Shown here one piece after another: positions 51,084 to 63,676 of a stretch of 64,000 nucleotides of DNA (positions are counted from its first letter, which is position 1; each line of letters begins with the position of its first letter). The notes below the pieces were generated by a model that was not told where the DNA came from, did not search any database, and worked only from the letters and a program-made list of their open reading frames with translations. This DNA is from an uncultured Cytophagia bacterium (lineage in GTDB: Bacteria; Zhuqueibacterota; Zhuqueibacteria; Thermofontimicrobiales; Thiofontviventaceae). A program made the position numbers and the translations under genes. The stretch covers positions 19,176-83,175 of the forward strand of contig CAZCJL010000004.1 of NCBI GenBank assembly GCA_964498785.1, read 5' to 3'.

Positions 51084-52272
51084 CTGAATATTTCTTTCCA
51101 ATGTTAACTAAACACATTTGCCCTACCTGAACCCTGCCGGAGATCACAGTGAATTCATGATTTCGAGGTCCAGGCGTCACTTCATAACTTTTAAACTCCG
51201 AGCCTTCGAGAACTTGAACATAGAATTTTGAATTCTTTTTATAAATGCATTCATTACGAACGTACAGCACCTTTTCATATTCTGCGAGTATAATTTCACA
51301 ACTCACGGTCATGCCAGGTTTCAGAAATTCTCTATTTTCGTGCAGAAGAATCGTTACGTCAAAAACATTAATAAGTGAATTATCTTTCGGATGGCACAAT
51401 TTGGAGATATTCACAATTGTACCCTTTAATTGAATTTTAGGAAAAGCATCTAATCTCACAAATACAGCCTGGCCATTGTATATTTTTGAAATATCCCTCT
51501 CATTTACAGTTGTGATAACCTTCATCTGATTTAAATCCGGGATTCCGACTAACGGCCTACCTGCCCAAAATTCATCACCAACTCTGATTTTACGGCGTCC
51601 TCGATAAGGTCGTTTATATTCAACAATTCCCTTTGTCGGAGAACGTACAAAGGTTTTATCGAGTGCTTTTTTTGCATCTTCGATTTCATGCTGCAACTGT
51701 TTTATTTTTAGCTTATGTATTTTTATTTCAAATTCCAGGCAGCGTTTTTTAAAATCTCCGTTTCTCTTCTCCCGGTTATAGTCAATCTTCGCCTTCTCTA
51801 ACTGTAATTGGCTAATCCGTTGTTGCGTTTGCGATTCGAATTTCGATTTTTCAGCCTGAATTTGTTGAAGCGTGTACGATGCTTTTGCTGTAGCAATGTG
51901 CGATTCAAGCTGCAGAATTGTATTTTCATAATTTGTCTTTAATCGTTCATATTCAACCTTCGCAAGCATTATTTCATTTTCTTTTTCCCGGATATCTTTA
52001 ATAATCTCTGAATTATCAAGTTCAAATAAAAAATCATTCACATTCACTTCCGTCCCTTCATCAACAAGACGTGTAATTTTGAAACGCCCATATTTCCAGC
52101 CAAGCCATGGCATGACAATAGTCCGCGATTTTACCGCTTGTAATTCCCCTGTCTCCACAATTGAATCCTTAAAATGCCCTTGCATAATCGGATCAAATTG
52201 GATATATTTTCCGGAATGACATGTCGTCAGAATTAAAACAGCGATAATAAATACAGGTATTTTTTTTATCAT
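51049..52272 (-). CDS. Periplasmic adaptor (MFP/HlyD-MacA type) 3
   Basis: ETGELQAVKS, VRSPTKGIV, VNERDISKI..GQ, LKPGMTVSCEI. Confidence 0.85.
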   Translation of the reverse strand: MIKKIPVFIIAVLILTTCHSGKYIQFDPIMQGHFKDSIVETGELQAVKSRTIVMPWLGWKYGRFKITRLVDEGTEVNVNDFLFELDNSEIIKDIREKENEIMLAKVEYERLKTNYENTILQLESHIATAKASYTLQQIQAEKSKFESQTQQRISQLQLEKAKIDYNREKRNGDFKKRCLEFEIKIHKLKIKQLQHEIEDAKKALDKTFVRSPTKGIVEYKRPYRGRRKIRVGDEFWAGRPLVGIPDLNQMKVITTVNERDISKIYNGQAVFVRLDAFPKIQLKGTIVNISKLCHPKDNSLINVFDVTILLHENREFLKPGMTVSCEIILAEYEKVLYVRNECIYKKNSKFYVQVLEGSEFKSYEVTPGPRNHEFTVISGRVQVGQMCLVNIGKKYSDAVRREFESIS

Positions 52273-52335
52273 TTTATCTTGGCATAAAAATAAGTATCGT
52301 TAATGCGGATATATCTCCCAATTCATGGATTATTC

Positions 52336-53526
52336 TCAATTCAATATCGTCGGATCAACGAGCGCAATACGATCACCAGCTTTTAGTCCTTTTTTAATAA
52401 TGATAAAATCTGAATTTTCTTTACCCACCACAACTTCTTTTTCCACAAAACGACCTTCCCGAAACATATAAACAATATTCTGTTCTTCTTTTCTAAACAA
52501 TGCATCCAGCGGAATACTAATCACCGAATCAATTGGATCGACAACAATCTCACACCGCACGGTCATGCCTGGTAAAAGATAATCATGTTTTCCTTTGATT
52601 ATAATTTCAATGGGAAATATTTTTACATTCGACTCTTCAGTTTTATCCTTTGCAAGCAGAGCAATTTTGGAGATGGCGCCGTGGAAAACCGAATCCGGCA
52701 ATACATCGAGCCAAATTAACGCGGATTGCGATAATTGTATTTTAGAGATATCCAATTCATTTATTTCCGTGATGGCTTTCATTTCATTTAAATCCGGCAG
52801 AATCATAATTGTTTGCCCATTCCAGGGTTGATCACCGACCTGCCATTTATTTTCTGTAGATGCATTTTTCTCGACAACCACCACTCCGGGGCTAGGCGCT
52901 GTTACAGTCATCTTTTTTAATGTGTTTTTTGCATCATTCAATTGTTCTGTAAGTTGCTCTATTTTTATTTGCTGTTTTCGCAATTCCTCTTTATTTATTT
53001 GAGCCCGGTTGGAAATTTCCTCCTCAGCTTTCTTAAGATCCATTTTCGTCTGATTCAAACGAAGCTGCATTTCTCTTTTCCGGATATCTGCTTCATAAGT
53101 AGATTTCTCTAATTCAATTTGAGTAATCTGATACGAAATATCTGCCAGCTTTAAATCTGCTTTCAAATCTTCCAACACAGCACGTTGCTCAAGTTTTAGC
53201 TTTTCATATTCAGTTTTGGCCATTTCCAATTCTGCTTTTGCATCAATAATACCTTTATGTACCTCTGTTTCGTCAAATTGGATTAATGTATCTCCTTGCA
53301 CGACTTCTGCCCCGTCAGCAATAAGCCAGGTAATTTTCAACTCGCCAAAACGCCACGAAATAGAGGGAGCGAGAATTTCGATCGATTTAATTGCTTTTAA
53401 TTCACCGGTTTCAATTACGCTTATAACAAAGTTATCTTTTTTTACTGTATAAACAGGTACCTCATTTTGTGAGGACGAATGACATTCTAAAATCATTAAT
53501 AGTATTAGGATAAATAAGGTTCTCAT
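52336..53526 (-). CDS. Periplasmic adaptor (MFP/HlyD-MacA type) 2
   Basis: ETGELKAIKS, VTAPSPGVV, INELDISKI, LLPGMTVRCEI. Confidence 0.87.
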   Translation of the reverse strand: MRTLFILILLMILECHSSSQNEVPVYTVKKDNFVISVIETGELKAIKSIEILAPSISWRFGELKITWLIADGAEVVQGDTLIQFDETEVHKGIIDAKAELEMAKTEYEKLKLEQRAVLEDLKADLKLADISYQITQIELEKSTYEADIRKREMQLRLNQTKMDLKKAEEEISNRAQINKEELRKQQIKIEQLTEQLNDAKNTLKKMTVTAPSPGVVVVEKNASTENKWQVGDQPWNGQTIMILPDLNEMKAITEINELDISKIQLSQSALIWLDVLPDSVFHGAISKIALLAKDKTEESNVKIFPIEIIIKGKHDYLLPGMTVRCEIVVDPIDSVISIPLDALFRKEEQNIVYMFREGRFVEKEVVVGKENSDFIIIKKGLKAGDRIALVDPTILN

Positions 53527-53533
53527 CTCTGTT

Positions 53534-54751
53534 CTACTTTAAATCTGACATAATTAAATGAATTGGAGGTTTTTCTAATGACAGTCTTTCTCCACCATTT
53601 AGGCCTTTTCGGATTAATGCAAAATTATCATTTCGTCGGGCTACATTTATGTAGTGCTCCCGATATGTTTTATTTTCTTCAATATAAACCACTGTTACAC
53701 TATCTAGATAAAACACACATTCTAACGGAATAGCAATTGTATCCTGAATTGTTAGTGAATAAATATGACACTCTGCGGAAAATCCGGGCATTATCCGTTC
53801 ATTCATTTCATCAAACTCTATTTTTATTTCGAATTTTTTTAACCGTGTTTTTTGATTCTTCACAGTCCCAACGTTAGCAACATCTTTAACATGCCCCTGG
53901 AAGCATTTTCCGGGAACTGCGTTAAAATATATGTCTACAGATTGATCCGGGCAAATGCGTCGAATCGATGTTTCATTTGCCTCCGCGATTACATGCAAGT
54001 GCTCCATATCATAAATTTTCAGAATTGGTAACCGTTGCCAGACTTTGTCTCCTTCGTTTAATTTTGCTTCGTTTGCAGGATTCATTTCGTGCAGAACAAT
54101 ACCATTAGCAGGAGATACAAGCGTCAATCGATCCATAAATAATGTCGCTCGTTGTACCTGGTTTTTATTTTTTAGTATTTTATTCTTAATCTTTTCTAAC
54201 TTATATTGATTTATTTTTTGCTGCAGTACGCCTCTTTTTGTTAACTTTTCGATTTCAATAGTATACTTCTTTAATTCCAGATCCAGCAATTTTTGTTGAT
54301 GCACTGAATTAAATTCCATTTGGTTTCGTTTTATTTCCGATGTATGCTTCAAAGAATTAACAGCCTCGAGGCGTGTTTTTAATAACATAGCTTCCAACAA
54401 AATATCAGCTTGTTGCTTTGCTAATTCTGATTCTGTAATTTTCAAATTCATGTGCGATTCATTATAATTTTTTACAAGCTGAGGACAATCCAGTTTACAT
54501 ACTATATTGCCACTGTCCACATGCGCTCCTTCATGAACAATATATTTGATGATCGGTGCAGGCCAAACGTCGGGACAGCAAACAGTTGATACATTTTTTG
54601 AAGTCGCTTCTCCTGTCAAAATAATTCTATCGCAGAAATTACTTCTGTGAACAGTATATAGAAATATTTTATTATTAAGCTTTGATTTAATGAAAAGAAA
54701 TATAATTGGCAGAATTAGAATTAAAGAATATTTGAATAATTTTTTTAACAT
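53534..54751 (-). CDS. Periplasmic adaptor (MFP/HlyD-MacA type) 1
   Basis: LTGEA, LVSPANGIV, ANETSIRRI, IMPGFSAECHI. Confidence 0.82.
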   Translation of the reverse strand: MLKKLFKYSLILILPIIFLFIKSKLNNKIFLYTVHRSNFCDRIILTGEATSKNVSTVCCPDVWPAPIIKYIVHEGAHVDSGNIVCKLDCPQLVKNYNESHMNLKITESELAKQQADILLEAMLLKTRLEAVNSLKHTSEIKRNQMEFNSVHQQKLLDLELKKYTIEIEKLTKRGVLQQKINQYKLEKIKNKILKNKNQVQRATLFMDRLTLVSPANGIVLHEMNPANEAKLNEGDKVWQRLPILKIYDMEHLHVIAEANETSIRRICPDQSVDIYFNAVPGKCFQGHVKDVANVGTVKNQKTRLKKFEIKIEFDEMNERIMPGFSAECHIYSLTIQDTIAIPLECVFYLDSVTVVYIEENKTYREHYINVARRNDNFALIRKGLNGGERLSLEKPPIHLIMSDLK

Positions 54752-55214
54752 ATTACTTACTATTTTAGCAATTTTTGGGGATTAATACAACACTTTTTTT
54801 TATTATTTTAACATAATCTTAACAATTGTTACAATTTTATTTTATTATATTGAAGATGTTGATTTTCTTGTTCATTGACAGAAATATATAAATTTATTCA
54901 TAATTTATTGAATTTTAAAGGCATATTTTTTGCAATCCCTTATGATTCTTTTAGAATCAGAATGTTAAAATAAATACTTTTTGGCTGAGCACACCAGCTT
55001 ATTCAGCCGGTGTCTAACATCTTGTAATTAATTTGATTATATTTTCATGTACTGTCTCATTATCTTTACAAAACCATTGAAATTAGCCGAATTCTTTCAA
55101 TTGCAATTTGGTGTACCAATAGTAATTACAGTAATTCGCTTTGAAGTTTTCTTTAAAAATCTCGAATAATCAGCTAATTATCACATGAATTGAGTGACGC
55201 AGTTTTGAACATAC

Positions 55215-55233
55215 TTGATACAAGCTGTATCAA
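55215..55233. promoter_or_regulatory. Candidate transcription-factor operator
   Basis: Perfect TTGATACA-agc-TGTATCAA palindrome about 50 bp upstream of the ATG at 55285. Confidence 0.4.
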
Positions 55234-55284
55234 ATTAAGACAAAAAAATGATCGTTTAAATAAAAATCAGAGAGGTTTTATATT

Positions 55285-58200
55285 ATGAGAGTTAAAGGGA
55301 TATTATTCGTACAGCTATTGTTTTCAATTATTCTAATTAAAAGTCTCGTATTTGCTCAGGAATGGTCTGATGAGATTAAATTAGAACAACCGGGACGGGA
55401 AATGACAATTATCCCTGATTTTGATATTGATCCAACCACAGGTCACCTGCATATCGTCACCATGATAAGTCCGAAAGGAGTTTTATATACTGAAATGGAT
55501 GCCGATGGGAATATTTTGCAGCAGCACCCAATTCCACATGCAGTAAATGACAGGCATGGCAATGGAAATAATTTTGGTGCAACGATCGCAGTGGATTCTC
55601 AAAGCAGACCACATGTAAGTTATCGCGAATACTTCAGTGGAAATCCACCAAAATTTTCATCGTATTATACATATTACAACGGCTCAACCTGGATTTCGCC
55701 GACGATACTTTCTGAACGAGTGATGCGTGGCTGGATGCTTCGAATGGACATCAGTGACAACGAAAAAGTGCACATCGCTCGTGGCTCGATGGCAAACGCT
55801 GCCGGAGAAGAATTAGTGGGACCGGTTAAGTATTTCAGATTCAATAATGGATCTCGCGAATCGGTAACAGATAATATGTATCGGTATCGGGCCGACGACC
55901 GAGTTGAACTCGATGCTTCTTACGAAAATCAAGTACATATCGTGCTTGGATGTCCGGATTATCCTCCGCAGGGTGGGCCTGTTTGGTACTGGCGATCCTT
56001 TGATAATGGCGAAACCTGGACAAAATCAGAAATTCATGATCCCCGTGCACGCGGTGGCAATGGCAGCCCGGACTTATTCGTTGATGCATCCGGCAATGTT
56101 CACATCGTCTACGGTTCCGAATTGGATATGGACGTAAATAACAAAGCATCTGTCAGGTATACCCGTTTTGAAAACGATAACCACATGTTTGATGTTACAG
56201 TTACCGATCCGGGTGAAATTTTACATCGTTTTGATACTCCATACGGCATTGGCTCGGTGGCTGCCAGTGCAGACGGGGAAATTGTAATTATTGCTTATTC
56301 TGAAGATTTTGGTAAAAGATTATTTGTCAGAGAGTCTCATGACGGCGGAAATTCATGGGGAGACCCACTTGAAATTACGAACAGGAGTTGCGCTGCTTTA
56401 GGCCGGAACCGCCAGGTAATTCGCGCCATCAAAGATCACTTCTTTCTTTTGTATCCATCCCCGGACGGCGTTAAATTACGCTACAAAAAATTTACCATCA
56501 ATGATCCTCCGGTCGCTGATGCAGGCGGCCCTTATTCCGGAAGTGAAGGAAGCGCCATCAATTTTGACGCATCAGGATCAAGCGATTCGGATGGTTCCAT
56601 CACGCAATATGAATGGGATTATCAAAATGACGGAACGTATGACGCAACAACAGCAGGTCCGTATTCTTCATATACTTATACAGATGATTTCGATGGTCAG
56701 CTAAAACTACGCATAACAGACAACGATGGCGACGTCAGTACAGATGTGGCTCAGGTAACTGTTAATAATGTTGCACCCACTGCAAATGCAGGCGGTCCGT
56801 ATAGTGGCGAAATTGACGAAGTCATTCAATTTACTGGTACTGGCACAGATCCCGGCAATGATGAACTGTTTTACTCATGGGATTTGGATGATAACGGGAC
56901 ATTTGAAACGACAGGACAAACTGCGCAAAAATCTTATCCCAGTGGCGGAACTTATCAGGTAACCTTGAAAGCAACAGATGATGATGGCGGCTTCTCAACA
57001 GATGTTGCACAGGTTTCAATCCATAACTATCCACCACAAATCGGCAATATTCCGAACCAGACGATTGATGAAGGAGGCAGTTTCACACCGATTAATCTTA
57101 ATGATGCGGTAACTGATCCGGATAATACGGATGCCGAAATCACATGGACGCATTCACCAGCGACTCATTTAAATCTTTCTATAGCTCCCGGTATTTTAAA
57201 CGTCACGGTAAAAGACCCTGAATGGAACGGCACTGAAACAATAACCCTTACCGCAACAGATCCGGGTGGAAAATTTGACACTGCAGACGTAAGCTTCACT
57301 GTTATTCCAGTGAATGATCCGCCAGTAATTCAGCCTATTACCGTTAATCCGATTAGCGAAGGTGAACAATTTCCGCCAATCGCTCTTATTGCCACTGATC
57401 CGGATAATGAGCCTCATGAAATTCAATGGACTGCTACCGGTCAACAACAGCTTATTATCAATATTCAGCAGGGAGCGAATCCCACAGCATCGGTAACCAT
57501 CCCGGATACCAACTGGTATGGCAACGAACAAGTCACTTTTACGGCGACAGATCCTGAGGACGCGTCTGATAGTAAAATCGCTGTATTCACTGTGCACAAT
57601 GTTAACGATCCACCTGTGATTTTACCGGTACTCGGCCAGACAATTCGTTATAATCAGGAATTCGCTACAGTGAATCTGGATACCTGTGTTCAAGACATTG
57701 ACAATACTCCCGACCAAATCCAATGGTCGTTTAGAGGAAATAATCATCTTGCGATTAACATTACGAATCGCAGCATGACAATAACCCGAATCGATCCGGA
57801 TTGGACCGGCATGGAGGCGGTCACTTTTACTGCGAATGACGGACAGCTTTCAGATAGTTATACCGCGACTTTCATGGTCATCTATCACAACGATCCACCA
57901 AAAATCAGCAATATCTTTTCTCAAACGATCAATGAAAACGGTACGTTTGAAACACTCTATTTGGATGACAAAGCAGACGATCCTGATCATGCAGATAATG
58001 AATTAGTATGGACACTTTCAGGATACGAAGAATTACTGGTTCAGGAGATTGGCGACCGTATTTTTCAAATTGCAGTGCCAGATTCGGAATGGGCCGGAAC
58101 AGAAACCATCCTGTTTCAAGTCACAGATCCCGGTGATTTGAGCGATAGCACGTATGCATCTTTTACCGTAATCCCTGTCAATGATCCGCCAAAAATCAGT

Positions 58201-59112
58201 AACATGACCAATTTCACATTCTATGAAGATACAACGTATATTATTACGTCCACAGAACTAAAACTAATGGTAACCGACCCGGATAATTCATTTGAAGAAT
58301 TAACTTTCTCACTGGATAACGCTCGGTTTACAAAATTAGAACAAGAAGAATCAACAGGTAACTTCATTTTATCTGCGCAAGAAAACTGGTTTGGTATTGA
58401 GAATGTTTTATTTAGCGTAACCGATTTACTGTACGCAAAAACATCACAGCCAATTACCATTAGTGTTAAACCAATGCCGGATCCGCCAATGCCATTTGAT
58501 TTACTGATACCGTTTAATAATAGCGCCATTGTCATTCGTCCCGAGACCCTTGAATTTTCATGGCGACGCTCTATTGATCCGGATGATGAACCGGTGACCT
58601 ATAGCTGGAACCTGAGTAAGGAAATCGATTTTACTCATATCATTGCACAGTACAACAATATTCCCGATACGACTTACACTTATACGTTACCACAACATTT
58701 AGAACCGGGTCTCTATTACTGGAAGGTGATTGCATTCGATCCAACTGGTTTCAGCACGCCATCTAATAATGTAAATCTATTTAGTTTTAATTTTGATATC
58801 GGTGTTACGGATGATCCGAATTCTCAAACACCCAAAGAATTCGCACTGTATCAAAATCATCCCAATCCGTTTAATCCGGAAACCAGAATTCGCTATCAAT
58901 TACCCCAAACATGCCATGTTCGGTTGGCAGTTTACAATAATGTAGGACAGTTAATTAAAACGCTGGTAAATGAAGAACAAAATACCGGCAGCTTTTCGCT
59001 TTACTGGAACGGTACCAACGACGCCAACGCTGCGGTAAGTAGCGGTATTTACATTTACAAATTACACGCCGGTGATTTTGTGATGGCGCGTAAAATGCTT
59101 TATTTGAGATAA
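55285..59112 (+). CDS. Large secreted multidomain protein: Asp-box beta-propeller-like N-terminus, 2 PKD domains, 5 cadherin-like Ig repeats, FN3-like domain, FlgD/T9SS-type C-terminal domain
   Basis: Signal peptide; SFDNGETW and SHDGGNSW; PP.A.AGGPY x2; N.PP.I repeats x5; PKEFALYQNHPNPFNPET...G.LIKTLVN...SGIYIYKL tail. Confidence 0.85.
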   Translation: MRVKGILFVQLLFSIILIKSLVFAQEWSDEIKLEQPGREMTIIPDFDIDPTTGHLHIVTMISPKGVLYTEMDADGNILQQHPIPHAVNDRHGNGNNFGATIAVDSQSRPHVSYREYFSGNPPKFSSYYTYYNGSTWISPTILSERVMRGWMLRMDISDNEKVHIARGSMANAAGEELVGPVKYFRFNNGSRESVTDNMYRYRADDRVELDASYENQVHIVLGCPDYPPQGGPVWYWRSFDNGETWTKSEIHDPRARGGNGSPDLFVDASGNVHIVYGSELDMDVNNKASVRYTRFENDNHMFDVTVTDPGEILHRFDTPYGIGSVAASADGEIVIIAYSEDFGKRLFVRESHDGGNSWGDPLEITNRSCAALGRNRQVIRAIKDHFFLLYPSPDGVKLRYKKFTINDPPVADAGGPYSGSEGSAINFDASGSSDSDGSITQYEWDYQNDGTYDATTAGPYSSYTYTDDFDGQLKLRITDNDGDVSTDVAQVTVNNVAPTANAGGPYSGEIDEVIQFTGTGTDPGNDELFYSWDLDDNGTFETTGQTAQKSYPSGGTYQVTLKATDDDGGFSTDVAQVSIHNYPPQIGNIPNQTIDEGGSFTPINLNDAVTDPDNTDAEITWTHSPATHLNLSIAPGILNVTVKDPEWNGTETITLTATDPGGKFDTADVSFTVIPVNDPPVIQPITVNPISEGEQFPPIALIATDPDNEPHEIQWTATGQQQLIINIQQGANPTASVTIPDTNWYGNEQVTFTATDPEDASDSKIAVFTVHNVNDPPVILPVLGQTIRYNQEFATVNLDTCVQDIDNTPDQIQWSFRGNNHLAINITNRSMTITRIDPDWTGMEAVTFTANDGQLSDSYTATFMVIYHNDPPKISNIFSQTINENGTFETLYLDDKADDPDHADNELVWTLSGYEELLVQEIGDRIFQIAVPDSEWAGTETILFQVTDPGDLSDSTYASFTVIPVNDPPKISNMTNFTFYEDTTYIITSTELKLMVTDPDNSFEELTFSLDNARFTKLEQEESTGNFILSAQENWFGIENVLFSVTDLLYAKTSQPITISVKPMPDPPMPFDLLIPFNNSAIVIRPETLEFSWRRSIDPDDEPVTYSWNLSKEIDFTHIIAQYNNIPDTTYTYTLPQHLEPGLYYWKVIAFDPTGFSTPSNNVNLFSFNFDIGVTDDPNSQTPKEFALYQNHPNPFNPETRIRYQLPQTCHVRLAVYNNVGQLIKTLVNEEQNTGSFSLYWNGTNDANAAVSSGIYIYKLHAGDFVMARKMLYLR

Positions 59113-59142
59113 TGTTTTTATGATAGGATAATGTTTTTTAGT

Positions 59143-59180
59143 AAAAGCCCCGTAGAACAGAAAATGTTTACGGGGCTTTT
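59143..59180 (+). terminator. Intrinsic terminator 1
   Basis: aaaagccccgta / tacggggctttt 12-bp inverted repeat after the stop at 59112. Confidence 0.75.
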
Positions 59181-59198
59181 TAGTATTCACACTACCAA

Positions 59199-59240
59199 AA
59201 CAAACCCCTGTCCGATAATCTCATCGGACAGGGGTTTGTT
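59199..59240. terminator. Second hairpin (perfect 18-bp stem), terminator or REP-like
   Basis: aacaaacccctgtccgat-aatctc-atcggacaggggtttgtt. Confidence 0.65.
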
Positions 59241-59318
59241 ATTAATTTTTAAAATAGTTAACTAAATTTCCGATCTGAATTTCGTTCAAAAATTATGCCA
59301 AATAAATCAAGTTTAATC

Positions 59319-59347
59319 TTGACAATGTCATAATTATATTTTATATT
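59319..59347 (+). promoter_or_regulatory. sigma70-type promoter for the gatC-kdsB-pyrG operon
   Basis: TTGACA (59319-59324), 17 bp, TATATT (59342-59347). Confidence 0.7.
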
Positions 59348-59394
59348 AGTGTTATTAATTTTTCAGCACCGTTAATTTTAAACAGGAAGAAAAA

Positions 59395-59680
59395 ATGGCA
59401 ATTACCAAAACAGACGTGGAGCGGGTCGCCAAACTCGCTAAATTGGATTTTACTGAGGACGAAAAAGAGGATTTTACGCATCAGTTATCCGATATTTTAA
59501 CCTATATCGAAAAGCTAAACGAGCTCGATACCAATAAGATCGAACCGACGTCTCATGTTTTGGGAATTCAGAACGAACTCCGTGAAGATAAAGTTGAATC
59601 CTGGTTAACACAAGAAGAAGCTCTGAAAAATGCTCCGCAACAGAAGATGGGATTTTTCAGTGTGCCAAAGGTAATTACAC

Positions 59681-59691
<11 letters not shown>
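59395..59691 (+). CDS. gatC: Asp/Glu-tRNA amidotransferase subunit C
   Basis: ITKTDVERVAKLAKL, IL.YIEKLNELDT..IEPTSH, LREDKV, ALKNAP....FF.VPKV. Confidence 0.93.
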
Positions 59692-62057
<2,366 letters not shown>

Positions 62058-62096
62058 ATTCCAGTTCAGGAAACGAGCGGAGGAAGGACAGGCCGG

Positions 62097-63032
62097 ATGC
62101 CTCAATTGAAGCGAGTTAAGAAACGGATTAAAAATTGGTTTATTTATGTTGTCGTAAAATTTGGCTACACATTTTTAAATGGGACAAAGAGAGTTACCGC
62201 ATTCAAGCTTTTTAGTACGTTAGCACCGATCGGATATTATGTTGTTTCGTCCGAGCGCAAAAAAACGATTGCTCATTTAACAAAGGTCTTTGGCAATCAG
62301 TATTCACCGGATAAAATCCGGGATATGGCAAAAGAGGTTTTTCTCAATCTGAGCCGAAATATGGTGGATGCGTTTCGTATTTCCCAATTAACACCCAAAA
62401 ATATCGATCAACTGGTGCAATACCAGGGGCTTGAAAAAATTAATGACGCGCTGCAAAGAGGAAAAGGATGTTTACTGCTAACCGGTCATGTTGGTAACTG
62501 GGAATTGCTCGGTGCGTTTGTTTCGTTAAAGGGTTACCCCTTGCATGTCATTGGCGCTCCTATTTACGATCCGAGGCTGGATGAAATGGTGGTAAATAAT
62601 CGAAAGGCATCCGGTGCCCAATATATCGCTCGTGGTTCTGCAACGAGGCAAATTATTCGTGCATTAAAAAATAATGAATTAATCGGCATCCTGATTGATC
62701 AGGACACAAAAAAAGTTGATGGTGAACTTGTGGATTTTTTAGGACATAAAGCATATACACCTGTCGGACCGGTAGAAATCGCACATAAATTCAAATGCCC
62801 GTTGTTGCCAATTTCGATTCATATTAAAAAAGATAATACTCATTTTGTTGAAGTGGGTGAAGAAATTATTTTACAATGGACAGATGATCATGAACAGGAT
62901 CGGATAAATAACACGCTGCGTTGTTCCAGGGCAATTGAACATTTCATTCTGAAACATCCGACACAATGGGTTTGGATGCATAAACGATGGCGCACACAAA
63001 AAAAACCGATCTATTATAATAAAGCAAAATAG
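62097..63032 (+). CDS. Lipid A/lysophospholipid acyltransferase (LpxL/HtrB family)
   Basis: TGHVGNWE, ILIDQD, FLG..A.TP.GP, P.QW.WMH.RW. Confidence 0.88.
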   Translation: MPQLKRVKKRIKNWFIYVVVKFGYTFLNGTKRVTAFKLFSTLAPIGYYVVSSERKKTIAHLTKVFGNQYSPDKIRDMAKEVFLNLSRNMVDAFRISQLTPKNIDQLVQYQGLEKINDALQRGKGCLLLTGHVGNWELLGAFVSLKGYPLHVIGAPIYDPRLDEMVVNNRKASGAQYIARGSATRQIIRALKNNELIGILIDQDTKKVDGELVDFLGHKAYTPVGPVEIAHKFKCPLLPISIHIKKDNTHFVEVGEEIILQWTDDHEQDRINNTLRCSRAIEHFILKHPTQWVWMHKRWRTQKKPIYYNKAK

Positions 63033-63037
63033 AAATA

Positions 63038-63676
63038 ATGTCGATAACATTTATATTACAAAAAACATCAATATCATTTTTAATCGTCTTGCTATTTATA
63101 TGGGGTTGTCAAACTGATGTTGAAAATGACGTCATTACCTTTAGCGAAAGTGAATTACCGGATCAGGAAACCTGGAATTCGACGATGATCGCCACGAGTA
63201 ATGGTACAACCTCTGCAATCATTGAATTTGGACACATGGAGCGTTACAATGAGAAGCAATTGATCTTCTTTGATCAAAACATTGAGGCCGATTTTTTTGA
63301 TGATCAAGGTAACCATACGTCAAAATTAGCATCAAACAAAGGCAAAATGAATGAGAAAGACGATATTATTGAAGCTTATGAAAACGTGGTTGTGGTTTCT
63401 GATAGTGGTATCAATCTGATGACGGAAAAACTGTGGTGGGATAATGCCCGTAAAAAAATTATTTCTGACCAATTTGTAACAATTACCACCACTGAAAAGG
63501 ATACACTGCATGGCGTGGGATTCGAGTCTGATCAAACATTATCAAACTGGATGATAAACGAATTGCACGGCAAAACAAGTAAAACACTTGATCTGAATTT
63601 AAAAAATCGTGTAATTACTAAAAATGATTCCACTGAAAATGATTCCACGGAAAATGATTCACTGGAAACAGAATGA
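63038..63676 (+). CDS. lptC: LPS export periplasmic protein LptC
   Basis: Lipobox IWGC; V.ADFFD..G...S.L....G, L.TE.LWWD, G.GFESD; position directly before an LptA-like gene. Confidence 0.85.
   Translation: MSITFILQKTSISFLIVLLFIWGCQTDVENDVITFSESELPDQETWNSTMIATSNGTTSAIIEFGHMERYNEKQLIFFDQNIEADFFDDQGNHTSKLASNKGKMNEKDDIIEAYENVVVVSDSGINLMTEKLWWDNARKKIISDQFVTITTTEKDTLHGVGFESDQTLSNWMINELHGKTSKTLDLNLKNRVITKNDSTENDSTENDSLETE
63621..63665 (+). repeat. 15-bp tandem repeat x3 in the lptC 3' end, encoding NDST-E-NDST-E-NDSL
   Basis: aaaatgattccactg / aaaatgattccacgg / aaaatgattcactgg. Confidence 0.85.

Noticed and set aside
63621-63665. PglB-type N-glycosylation sequons (N-D-S x3)
   Set aside because: They lack the D/E at -2 required by bacterial PglB, and no PglB/STT3 gene is in the window.
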